NCBI GenBank assembly: GCA_002633005.1
Contig: NMRA01000636.1
Location: 44,171-108,170, forward strand
Direction of reading: 5' to 3'
Length of the DNA: 64,000 nucleotides
From: Phoronis australis
Lineage: Eukaryota; Animalia; Phoronida
In this document: positions 27,843 to 39,442 of the stretch, piece by piece
Numbering within the stretch: the stretch's first letter is position 1
Layout of the letters: the number at the start of each line of letters is the position of its first letter
Notes under the pieces: generated by a model
The model's input: the letters and a program-made list of their open reading frames with translations, nothing else
Told to the model about the DNA's origin: nothing
The model's database searches: none
Program-made: the position numbers and the translations under genes

Positions 27843-28127
27843 CTCAACAAAATAAAAACAACCTTCAGATACTTTCTCAAATCATGGCATTCAAAAACAA
27901 GTTGGTCTCATAAGTAAACCACAGCTTCCAGGACATCAGTGTGGTCTATTTACTTATAACCGTGTCTTATTTCACACTTTAACACTGTGAACACATCACA
28001 AGCAAGTGAACAATGTATCTCTTATTTTTACACCAGCATCCACATTGGCTGCACAGTTTTGATAACATCTGAAGCCAGCAAGTATATTTTTTGAAACTTC
28101 ATCTTTTGATTTTATTTAACTAAATCG

Positions 28128-28400
28128 AGGCTGCATTCCGTAGACCAAGTTTCTTTTTCTGGAAACCAAGTTCTTGCGAGAAAAGCAAGATCACGCAAAA
28201 TCATGCAAGTGAAAGGCAAATACTGTGCAAAAATGCTCAAGATCTTACTAGCGTACTATAGCAAAATGGCAGCCATAGAATTGATTGGTCAGAAAGTTTC
28301 GAATGTTGGATTATGGGATGAATTTCATTATTTATGAAATAGGATTCCCCGTTTCCGGTCCATAAGAGAATTACTGTCTTGGTTCTACGGAATGTAGCCC
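28128..28400. mobile_element. Small MITE
   Basis: TIR ggctgcattccgtagaccaag / cttggttctacggaatgtagcc. Confidence 0.55.
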
Positions 28401-28650
28401 AGTTTCATAAACTTCAGAGCTGACTTCTGTACTCAGATTACCCAGGAGTAAATACACCTGTCACTAGAGATTATAAGCTTTGCCAATATCAATAAAGGAC
28501 AACACCTTATTTCTAGTACAAATGAGAAGAACATTTATTCCTACTGTGTGTAGTACTCTGGGATTAATTCGTGTTCCACGTGATAAAATGAAACTGGAAA
28601 GTCTCAGTAACATGCCCGCAACTTCTCAACTATAAACATACACCACTTAC

Positions 28651-28784
28651 CCACTGTGCTCTTTCTTCGACAGTTCCCTGCTGTCTTTTTGCATGTTCTT
28701 ATCTTTGTCATGGCCAGACGAGCTGTCTCTTCTCTTAAAGACACCAGGCATCTTACTAGATTCTGCTTCGTCTTCTTCCTTCAC
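28651..28784 (-). CDS. DIDO1: DIDO1-like coding exon 7 (VKEEDEAESSK...)
   Basis: atttag acceptor, GG|gtaagt donor, 134 nt, phase 0/2. Confidence 0.8.
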
Positions 28785-29171
28785 CTAAATAAGCACAAGT
28801 TACTCTTTAATTTATTTCACAAACCATCAAAACTTAAAATAATCAGTAACAAAAATCAAACCATCATAACTCCTATGCAGCAAACAAACAAACCAACGAA
28901 TGAACAAATAAATAAAGACTACAATCAATTTGCACAATATAACCATTACTCGCAAATTATTGTCCATAAAAACTAAAATGTTTAGACAGTAGAGTACAAT
29001 TAATAACATAAAACGTCACTACAGACTGCACACAATTGCCAAAGACAGGTCTAATGCTGAACTAGAAACTGTTCACTATTGCCAAAGACAGGTCTAATGC
29101 TGAACAAAATATACAATACACCATACTGCTGTCCTACCATTATGAGGACCTCCAAAGTAGATACTCCTTAC

Positions 29172-29444
29172 CTTTCCATGGTCGTTCTTGTTAACTGGAA
29201 TGTCTGGTGTAAACAGCACGGGTTCGTCAGGCATCATCATCCCCATACTTTGAGAACGCTTACAATCTGGTTTCACCTTTTTCTTAACCAATTCTGTTGG
29301 TGATGGTGCTTGCTGTCTATCCTTGGATCTACCTTGTTCTTTCAATTTCTGTTTCTTTAAAGGTTTCTCAGAGTGTGACTCGTCTGTTTTGTGCTTAGCA
29401 CGGTCTTTGACACTTGACATTGTAGAATCAGACTTGGGTCCTTC
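29172..29444 (-). CDS. DIDO1: DIDO1-like coding exon 6 (EGPKSDS...KNDHGK)
   Basis: Within ORF 29094-29474; taccag acceptor, AAG|gtaagg donor, 273 nt. Confidence 0.8.
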
Positions 29445-29814
29445 CTGGTAAAATATAGTTTGGAAATTCGTCATTATGTGAACTTAATACAGCTTTCTTT
29501 GGCAAAGTAGTCCTCAACACTCAAGTTCAACACCAGTTCCACAAATAGGTCACAAGTTCTGTCATAAAAAGTACCAGTTGGTACAAATAGGAACTGCAGG
29601 TTGTATGTTTTTGTTGGTGAAGATGAAAATTTGTTCTGCTACAGATGAAAACACCATCATTATTTTGAAATCTGAAATTTTTCAAAATTTCGTGGAATTT
29701 TGTGAAACTACACCATTAGAAAGAGTTTTGACGCCTATATTTTTAAACTGGTCGCGGGATTTTTAAACAGGACGCTGGATTTTTAAACAGGACGCGGGAC
29801 ATTTAAACAGGATG

Positions 29815-30372
29815 ATTTAGGAGATACAGCGATAGGCGGGAAAAAAAACTGCCACTAGGAGGCGCCACAGTAGTCGAAATCGTCGGAAAATCATCGTCAA
29901 CCGTCCTCTACATAGTAAGCATATACATGCCAATTTTCACAATCATCCTTTGAGCGGTTTGGTTGATAGAGGGGTGGACGCACAAAAACAGACTCGAAAA
30001 CACTAAAAATGGCCACTAGGTGGCGCAAACTATGTCGAATCCATCTGAAAACGGGAGGATAACGTCATCTCACTAATAAGTGCCTACATACCAAATTTCA
30101 TGAAAATCTGTTCAGGACTTTTGAAGATACAAAGGTAAGCGTAAAAAACTAAAATTGCCACTAGGGGGCACACCGGTAGTCGGATCCGTCCGAAAGTTCG
30201 TACATGCCGTCCCATTCATGAATGGAACATATGTGCCAAATTTCATGAACATATGTCAAAGGGTTTTGGAGATAGAGCAGCGGACGCCGGACGCCAGACG
30301 GACGCCGCCCGTACGGACGGATGGAGATGACGGCATAATGCATCCACATATAAATATGTGGGCGCATAAAAA
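29815..30372 (-). mobile_element. HINE-family copy, near-identical to 13650-14197
   Basis: Three monomers, microsatellite and terminal hairpin; ends about 20 bp from the exon 5 donor. Confidence 0.8.
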
Positions 30373-30392
30373 GCATGCACAATTCAACTTAC

Positions 30393-30461
30393 CTTAAGTG
30401 ATATATCTACTTCCACAGTAACTTTTAACTGTTTAGGCTTGGTAGCTTCTTGCTTGTCCGG
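30393..30461 (-). CDS. DIDO1: DIDO1-like coding exon 5 (PDKQEATKPKQLKVTVEVDISLK)
   Basis: cttttcag acceptor, AAG|gtaagt donor, 69 nt, phase 0/0. Confidence 0.7.
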
Positions 30462-30755
30462 CTGAAAAGGCAAGTTCAAATGTTGCTCAAACAACAAAAC
30501 CATTAAAGGAGAATGCCATCCGATTTAATTAATCTTTTTTACAGTCTTAATCGGTCTATACCCAAATCACCTTGTATACATTCAATCTTACCTTGCCGAG
30601 AGGTGTCGTGTTCACCTCAGAACTTGGAATTACCCATGACAAAAAAGAGGAAATTTTTTAATGCCCCAAATAAGTATTGCCATCTAAACAACCATACCTC
30701 AACAGTTAGAAAGAAATCACAAGATGCCCTGTAACAGTGTCGGGTTGGCAAAACG

Positions 30756-30998
30756 CACTCATCTTAAGCAGTACCTGACATCCACTCATCTTAAGCAGTA
30801 CCTGACATCCACACATCATAAGCAGTACCTGACATCCACTCATCTTAAGCAGTACCTGACATCCACTCATCTTAAGCAGTACCTGACATCCACTCATTTT
30901 AAGCAGTACCTGACATCCACTCATTTTAAGCAGTACCTGACATCCACTCATCTTAAGCAGTACCTGACATCCACTCATCTTAAGCAGTACCTGACATC
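30756..30998. repeat. 27-bp minisatellite, about 9 copies
   Basis: Unit actcatcttaagcagtacctgacatcc. Confidence 0.95.
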
Positions 30999-32477
30999 AT
31001 TTCAGCAACAATAATGAAGGCAATTAGATGCAATAAAAGATATTTTTTAACTTAAAATGATAAAGATAATGATGCAAAATTTGCAGTGTGAGTGACAGAA
31101 GCTTATTCTTGATTTGCTGCAGGGAGACCTGTGTAATTATTTTCAGTTCTTATAATTATGATACAAGATTATAAAAAAATTTGAAAATCGATCCAGAGAT
31201 TAATAACTGGAAAGCCTTAAATATATATATACATTTAATTCCAACAAAAAAATTAATTCCAATGCAAATGGAAAAAAGTCAAGACGAAAACCTGTGGCTC
31301 ATACCCCAACTATAGCATGGAAGAAATGAAAGTAAAAAACAACATACTTTAAACTACAGAATACATCAATCACAATCCTAAGTTGGCCTAACTTTTCAGT
31401 TTCAAACTCAAACTGTAATTACAGGAGTTAATCGTTCATATGCCACGCTGGTGTGGAGCAAACTATGTGACATAAGAAATAACTACAAGGACACTCAAAA
31501 TAGGTTGGCAGAATTTATAAACAATGGCTTAGACCAATCAGATCATTCAGAACCTGTTTACGTGACCCCTTTTCTCTTGAATTGCAAAACTCGAGTCGGT
31601 CAAAATAAGACTTTTTAACAAAATAAAACATGAAAAATGTCAAAATAAATAGGAATACATCAACAGCAATTTAAAACACAGTTGCAGTAAAGAAAACAGT
31701 CCCATTTCGGCAGCACGTAGAAAATCGGATTCGGGCCTAGCAGTAGCAGCCAACTTGGCAACTGCCAGTAAGGGTTTGCACGCGCCCAGGATCAAACAAA
31801 AGAATTTCATCCATAACTCACATCCCATGATTCCAATCCAATGAATTACCAGTTAAGGTTGAAATTCCTTCCAGAAAGTGTTTTTCTTTCGTTTCATCGT
31901 TTTCAGGTGGTCCTCTGCAATTCAGCCACGCAGGCCATAACTGTCCCCCTGTCAAAGTTTATAGCCCACAAACCCTGACTTTTGTTGTTTGCGAACATAT
32001 TGACTGTTTCTTTTATCCACTTTTCCACAAAATATTCTGTCTACTCCAAGCTCCACGCATTAATCGCACTATTTGTCACCACGATTTAATACCAAATGCA
32101 GATGCCATTGCTGAACCATGCTATCCCAGGTGCCCCGGCAATTACGATTTCCGTTCCTTCGAAACATAAAGAGCAATTTCCGCTTTTCAAGTGGTCGGCA
32201 ACGCCACAGCTAGAAACCAATGTCGCGGAAATTTTATGGCAAATCTGATTTTTTTCCACGGAAATATAACAAAAATGCACACAGGAAATAAGAGAAAAAA
32301 GTGGAAATCCGTGTTTCTGTGAAAAATTCCAAGCCTTGACGGAGACAAGGGCAATATGCACCCACCAAAAATACAATATGACGTATCAATTGAAACTGCA
32401 TCAATCTTTGATAACAATAACATCATTTATTAATGTTTAATTACCTGATTATTATGATTATTATAATGCTCACTAAC

Positions 32478-32613
32478 CTCTTCATGTTTTTTCTTCTCTC
32501 CTTCCTTCTGCTCTTGCAACTTCCTCATGGCCTTGCGTTCAGCTTCTATGTTTTCCTGGCGAATCTTTTCTGCCATTGCTCTCTGCTCAGCCTCGATGAC
32601 ACGTGTTGAACGC
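32478..32613 (-). CDS. DIDO1: DIDO1-like coding exon 4 (RSTRVIEAEQRAMAEKIRQENIEAERK..., coiled-coil-like)
   Basis: ctttcag acceptor, GAG|gttagt donor, 136 nt, phase 2/0. Confidence 0.8.
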
Positions 32614-34016
32614 CTGAAAGGAAGACTATCAATAATAACACGACTGGATTAAATGTCATCAAGAAGTGGATACACATCAGTTAAAACATGCAGAATCCAA
32701 GCTGGCATGAAGCAGCCATCACTGTGACTGAATGACTTACCAGGGCTATTGCTTAAAAAACAAATCAAATCCAGCACAAGATTTCACATTTTCTTTCTTA
32801 TGTAAACATTTATCCCATACGCGTTGAATCTGCCGAGGGAAATACGGCCATGTAATAAAGTTTTCCGTATTCTTTCCGTATTCACTTCCTACACTACTTC
32901 AACAGTGACCTCTGACATGGAAAGTTCAAAAGGTAGGTCAATGTTGACTCAACGTCGTTAGCCGGTTCGATCACCAAACTTTCAGAAATAGTTTAAAGTA
33001 ATACAATTATAGCAGTGTAAATAACGCTCGACATACTACCAGGTCTCAATCGTAACGTCTGGAACAGGACTTTAATTATATGACAGTTCCGTCTCAGTTT
33101 TCATTTGCCAAATATTTTATCATCTGCAACTCATGCGCCGATTCCTCGGTAACTACAATGTCAAATAATGTTGTTGTTTAATTATTTTCAGGAGATGTTA
33201 CACGTTCAATGAAAAGTTACTCTTGTTTTCATCTTTGTTATGTCTTTTCAAGTATTAAATCGTCACATTTAAAACTGTTTCTTTTACTAGAGAAAACTTG
33301 CAGCCTAACGCACAAGTACATAGTTATAGGATGTCATCCGCCACGTGAACAGTCTGAGTGAAATATTTAAAAAATCTGCGGAAAAAATGAAAGAAACTTA
33401 GGAATTCGAAGCGCATGAGATAAATACAAAACGTACTTTGATTGACTACGTATCTTGATTGGCATACATGAAATACATTATTCCGTGTATCGACCCAGAC
33501 CGAAGCGGAATAATGTCTCGTGGGATATTACTTCATGTACGCCACTCTCGGCACATTTTGTGCGTTTATTTGTTAATAATTGTTGACCTGGAGGTCTTCT
33601 GGAAATCAGTTTTTGACTGAGCAGGCACCTCAATCAAAATAAATAGCAGGTGCACCAGCAGTTAGTTTAAAAACCTTCTTTGGGTTTTACTTTTTACCAT
33701 GTCAACAGAGAGGATCAAGATCAGATCCAATTTCCCATCAATTTCCAGGGATCAAACAAGGTACTGGACTGGGAGATTATGGACAACTTGGAGACCAACA
33801 GGGAAAAGATGGTGATGAGTAACAGATAATTAGCAAGACAAAATCTCATTCAGTGTTATAATAAAGTTAGTTTTTAAAAACAAACTGGATTAATTATATT
33901 TGAAAAACAAAATGTTGACTAAATCATTCTACTCATACAAACCAACTTTTGATTTAAGCCACTTACTGTTAAAAATGTGTTTCATCTTGTACCTTACGCA
34001 GTTTAGAAGTGAAACC

Positions 34017-34172
34017 TGGCGTGCGTTCAGTAGACGCTAGGACCTACGCTAGGACCTAGCTAAAACCTAGTCAAAGTCACGTGTTCTTATTTACAATGCA
34101 CGGCAATATCTCACGTAATCTCGCGAAGTCTTGCTTTTTAGCGAGGTCCTAGCGTTACTGAACGGGAGGCTG
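34017..34172. mobile_element. Small MITE-like inverted repeat
   Basis: cgttcagtagacgctaggacct ... aggtcctagcgttactgaacg. Confidence 0.45.
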
Positions 34173-34525
34173 GGCACTTCCTTTTTTCTTCAAACCAAGC
34201 TTACAACACTTATTTCGACTACGGAGCAACTTGAGATCAAGCCCATAAGTGACCTAAATCAACACTTGATTCTTTGACAGAAAGCACAGGCTTCATATCG
34301 CTTTTTCCAAATATTGAGGAAAATCTCTTTCATCTGCTTTTCATGAAAAAAATGGAATCTATGAACCATTTTAATTACAAAGAATCTTGCCTTAGGAAGA
34401 GTCTTCCCAACATTACATGACAGAATGGTCAGCACAATCATCTCAAACATCACCCTTTTTGAAAATAATAAAATTGTGAGAGAAATAATCCAGAGAAAAA
34501 ATAACACATTTATAGCCATTATCAC

Positions 34526-34704
34526 CTTGGTGACAGTATATCCTCTGCGGCCTCATTGGATCTTTTCTTGCCATTTGCTTTTTTCCCCGAAGTCTCTGCA
34601 GGGCTGTCTGAGCTTTTTGTCTCAGTCTCCCTGGCTCCAGTTTCAGCTGGATCAGCCTTGACATACGAGTGCTCCAGGGGGGCATACCGTTTCACTACCT
34701 CGCC
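34526..34704 (-). CDS. DIDO1: DIDO1-like coding exon 3 (GEVVKRYAPLEHSYVKAD...)
   Basis: ctgtag acceptor, AG|gtgata donor, 179 nt, phase 0/2, open frame. Confidence 0.75.
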
Positions 34705-34789
34705 CTACAGGTACAATATGTAAATAAATGTAAATTATGACTGAACCAATCAGAAAGGTGACGTACTCTATGGGTACTCTGCAGTCAAT

Positions 34790-35038
34790 ATCATTTTTAA
34801 CCTACAGAGTATCATCTAGAAACATGTCACTAAACGGAAGGGGAAAGTATATTGCGCATTCATTGATTTTAGCAAGGCATTTGATAGTGTAGATATTTCC
34901 TGTTTATCTTATGCCCAAAGGTTTGCATGGAAAAATGTTTAACATTTTGCACAGTATGTATGACTCCACAATCATGTGTTATGGTACAGTCACAGACCAC
35001 GCCCTACTTTAACTGTGGAGTTGGTGTCTGGCAAGGAT
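34790..35038 (+). pseudogene. Degenerate non-LTR reverse transcriptase fragment
   Basis: Translates to GKVYCAFIDFSKAFDSVD and FNCGVGVWQG (RT motifs) with frameshifts. Confidence 0.7.
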
Positions 35039-35423
35039 CAGGGCTTGGAATGACCAATGACAAAAAGCGCGGAAATTAGATACCAAATTGTGCTACAAGT
35101 ACCTTCTGCGTTCGCGGTAAGTTCAAAATGGCGGTGTGTTCTTCGGGTGCGAATCCTGAGTCGCGTTTATTTAAGCTTTATTCGATTACAGTTTATGTAT
35201 TAGTTATGGGGTAGGTACTTCTTGGATCCTTATAACACCCTCTAACCATGTAATAAGGGTTAACAACGTGTGAGACCAGGACTTTAAAGAGGGATTGGTT
35301 TGGTTGATAGAGGCGCGGCTGCCAAGAACAGTCTATATAACAGGACAAATGGCCAATAGATGTTGAATCCAGTAAAAAAACAGGTAAATGTAATTTCAGT
35401 AGAAAGCTATTTACTAAACTTCA

Positions 35424-36607
35424 TAACAAGAGAAATGCAGAGCGTTGAAATGCGCCCACGAATGCATTGCAAATGGTGTGCTTTTAGGGTTATTTATTTG
35501 TATCATAAAAATGGCCACTAGATGGCGCAAAAACATACAATCCATCCAAAAATAGGAACATGCCATATTCCAAAGGAAACAAAGGAAAACAGAATAAAAT
35601 GACATTGCCACTAGTGGGCACAGAGTCCGTTGGATCTGCTTGAAAGTCGTCGTCTGTTGTTACCTTCATATAAATACACTTACTAAATTCAGTAAAGATC
35701 CTGCAATGGGGATAAAACTATGGGCGCAAAACAAAAATAACACTAGGAGGCGCCACATTAGACAGTCACCATCATCAAAGGTCGTCTTCACACTGAGAAC
35801 ATATATGCCAATTTTCAAATGATTTGGTTGATACAGGGGTGGACACCAAAAACAAGATTTGAAAACAGCACCCGTAGTCAACATCATATACCGTAATCGT
35901 TCGGGTTAACGCCCTGGGCGGTTAAATTGGCGAATCCAAAAAATCGGGGGAGGGCGGTTAACTGAGCAGTGGGCGGTTAAATCGAAAATCCACCTAAAGT
36001 AGGGGATGGGCGGTTAACCGAACATGGGCGCTTATTACGACAGACAACCGCCCTGGGCGGTTAATCTTACCTGACGATCTAAATCCCGACACGACAATCA
36101 TACTCGGAACGCGTAGCCCCTTTCAAAGACCTTTATCGTCAGGTCGCCAAATGACTTTGAAAACGTCATAACAGCGGATGATCCCAACAAAGGTTCTCTT
36201 GCCCTCAGATTATTCATTCACTATTAAATTTACAAAATTGCTGAGTAAATAGCCCCGTGCCGTCCNCCTTTTCTTCAAGTTCATCCTTAGAGTGGTTTGG
36301 TTGATAGAGAGGTAGACGCACAAAACAGACTCCAAAACAGTAAAAAAGGCCACTAGGTGTTGCAAACTACGTCGAATCCATCCGAAAACAGGAGGTTAGT
36401 GTCATTTCACTAATAGGCGCCTACATAACAAATTTCATGAAAATCCGTTGACTTTTGAAGATAAAAAGGTAAGCGCAAAAAACTAAAATTGCCACTAGGG
36501 GACACACCGGTAGTTCGAACGTTCGCTCATGTGCAAAATTTCATGAACATAGCTCAATCAGTTTTGGAAATAGAGCAGCGGACGCCGGACGCTGGGCGCA
36601 TAAAAAT
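35424..36607 (-). mobile_element. HINE-family copy with both termini, interrupted by a pogo-like MITE
   Basis: aacaagag..gcgttgaaatgcgcccac at the left, tgggcgcataaaaa at the right (sub-terminal inverted repeat pair). Confidence 0.7.
35891..36265. mobile_element. Partial inverted copy of the same pogo-like MITE
   Basis: Near-identical reverse complement of 15600-15853; breaks at the single N at 36266. Confidence 0.75.
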
Positions 36608-36926
36608 GAAGAACTGCCGACAAAATTTGATGATAAATAGCAATTTCCATAACAGAAATGGGAAAAGTGCTGATATTTCAGCATCTGCATTTCAAGTAGT
36701 TTAGGAGATCTATACAGATGCAGACAGAAGCGAGACTGTAGAACTAATAGATGACTGCAATTTGTACAAACATACAGTGCATAAAACTGTGTAAGTCTTG
36801 TATGACATCTGAACACACAAAAGCAGAGTTGGGTGAACACTACAAGTAAATGTTACGCACTCATTTATCATGCAATAGATTACCTGAAATGCTTAAGACA
36901 ACTGTCTGGTATTCCATGAATACTAC

Positions 36927-38818
36927 AACTTATTCTCTGGATAACCATATAGTACGCAAAGACCTGACACAAGTGAGAATAGGGGAAGAGGATGTGGAAA
37001 GAGTACCTGGCCTTAAGTATCTGGGGATAACGCTTGACAGAACGCTGAGTTACAAAGAGCGTGTGAACCACCTAATTAAGTGGTGCGCACATGGACTAGC
37101 TGCATTAAAGAGCATGACTACCTGTAGAGTAGAACAACGCCAGCTATTGATTTTCTTCAAGGCGGTAGTATTGTCAGTCATTGATTATGGTTTGGGCATC
37201 ATCACAGCATCCAAGACACAAATGATGAAATTAGAGAGGATACAGAACACTGGGATATGAATTATCAATGGATGTACTCAGGATACCCCGATAGCAGCAA
37301 TGAGATACATTTTTGGGCTCTCGAGTATTGAACAAAGGCACAGACTAGCCCAGGTGAAAGCAATGTTTTGGGTGGCTAAAAACAGGAAATATCTCTTGTA
37401 TGATCAGTTGGCTATACCCAAAGGCACCAGATTAAAGCGTGACAAATCATGGATGGCAGCAGCCGAAATCACAGTAGAAAGAGTGTGTGAGCTGGATCTG
37501 GTTTGCAGAGGAGAAGAGTATATGAAGGTGGGTGACAAAAAACAGCTAACAAATTCACCAGGGTTGTCATTACTATGGGCCGAGAGTGTCGTGACAGGGC
37601 GGCTTGTGCAGTTAACAGTGAAATTCTTGAGCTGGTCTATGAAAATAGTACTGAGGGAGGTGCTGTGGTGTACAATGATGGATCGGTTAAAAGAGGAGAA
37701 AGGTCTTGATGGGGCTATGTAGTCAATGTGGATGGCAAAATAGTAGCGGAAAATGGTGAGGCATATGAGCTCACGACATCTAGTATGAAGATGGAGGAGG
37801 TTGCTGCTGAAAAGGCACTTGCATGGCTACAGGAAAGCACTCACACCTGTGCAGTTATTGTGACAGACTCTCAGAGCATGCTGAGAAAACTCGAAAAGGG
37901 ATATCTCAAACCCGAGTGGCTGCTGCATTTACCAGGGCTTGGAATGACCAATGACAAAAAAACGCGGAAACTTTGAAACTTTTACGGCCCAAATCTTGCC
38001 CGATAACCAGCCTTGAAATGGTCAGTGTGAACCTTTCCCCGACAAAAATCGGGAGGACTAAAAAAAAAACGTTACCACCATCAGTAGCATGCACCTGCCT
38101 CCTTTCAGCTCGCCCGTCCACTCCCAACCCACACATTTTTGGCTGCAGAGCGGCAATATTTGTCGCCGCGCTTAACAATAACACGAGACGCCATTGAAAA
38201 TCTCCCACCACGCTGTCCCAGATGTCCCGGCAATGTTGACAATTTACGTTCCTTCGAAACATAAAGAGCAACTTCCACTTTTCGAGGTGAACGTCGTCTG
38301 CAACGCCGCGGTAAGGAATTTCCCGCGGAAATTTTATATCAAATCCGATTTTTTTACGCGGAAATATTATAAAAAAAGCGGAAAGCACATTTGAAAAAAG
38401 CGGAAATCCGCATTTCCGAGGAAAATTCCAAGCCCTGATTTACAAAACAGTGGACTGAAAAAGCTGACTTGGATATTCTACCCTGAGCATGCCGGGGTCG
38501 TCGGAAATGAGAAAGCTGACAAGTTAGCGGGAAATACACCGATATAGGGCGCCCTCAGACTGGGAGAGAGTGAGATTCTCGAAGCGCTTAGAGAGGTGGA
38601 GTCACGGGAGAATGGAGATGCAATTGACAGAATGCAGCTGTTTGGATATGAGAGAGGCTGTGGTGCTGATAGTCGGTTGCATGGCCGGGCAAGACGATCG
38701 TGTAATCAGCAGTTGGTTGGAGTAGTTAGTCAAAGGACCTTGTCTGACTTGATGATGTGGAAAGCAGAGCATCCATGGGTCTGCCCCGAGTGTGACGACG
38801 CTGGTTCTGCACCCAAGT
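36927..38818 (+). mobile_element. 5'-truncated RNase H-bearing LINE (I/Ingi-like), decayed
   Basis: LKYLGITLDRTL (RT end), YNDGSV, VIVTDSQS and HAGVVGNEKADKLA (RNase H), terminal CPEC; stops and frameshifts; possible TSD AATACTAC. Confidence 0.8.
37933..38437. mobile_element. Same MITE family, inserted in the RNase H region of a LINE
   Basis: Same TIR, TSD ATTTAC; related fragments end at about 32338 and start at about 35039. Confidence 0.8.
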
Positions 38819-38895
38819 AATACTACCACATAGTAACAAGTGTACTCGCCCCCACCCCCCCCCCCCTTAATTTCGAGACAACACACTCAACAAAC

Positions 38896-39060
38896 CTGGA
38901 GGAGTTTAGTAGCCTCTTCCACGTCAAACACCTCACTATCAGCAGCATGGCCTGAGCTACCTGTAGGAAAGCTGGTTGGGTCATTTAGGATCTCCTTGGC
39001 TTCATCTGAGGACAGAACTGCCTGGATTTGATTTATGTGCTCCTCTGTGATGCCAAACTC
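38896..39060 (-). CDS. DIDO1: DIDO1-like coding exon 2 (EFGITEEHINQ...KLLQ)
   Basis: ttttttccag acceptor, CAG|gtttgt donor, 165 nt, phase 0/0. Confidence 0.8.
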
Positions 39061-39104
39061 CTGGAAAAAATAAAAGCATGGAGACATCGAGTTGAGAAAT
39101 CACA

Positions 39105-39442
39105 GATGAAACTTGAACCTAATACTGGAAATAAAACTTACTAAAGTTAGCGACGATGCGTCTCTCTCACGGACTTCAGCTTGGCTATTGACTATGAGGA
39201 AGATTGGTTTAGAAGGGGCGTTAAGGAAGCTCTACATGAACGCAACGAGAGTTGGTTTAAGGTTCAAACTGTCACACGTGTGGGATAGTGTCCTGGCCTC
39301 AATGTTGCACAGTCAGACTAAAACGCCACCTATTAGCCAGGATAATAACAACATCAATAGCCAAGATGAAGTCCGTGAGAGACAGACGCAACGTCGCTAA
39401 CTTTAGTAAGTTTTATTTCCACGATTAGGTTCAAATTTCATC
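39105..39442. mobile_element. Foldback MITE with about 90-bp inverted arms
   Basis: gatgaaacttgaacctaat...ttggctattga pairs with tcaatagccaa...attaggttcaaatttcatc. Confidence 0.75.

Noticed and set aside
30706-31014. Repetitive ORFs on both strands (THLKQYLTS / MSGCQVLLK)
   Set aside because: By-product of a 27-bp minisatellite whose unit is a multiple of 3; no splice support.
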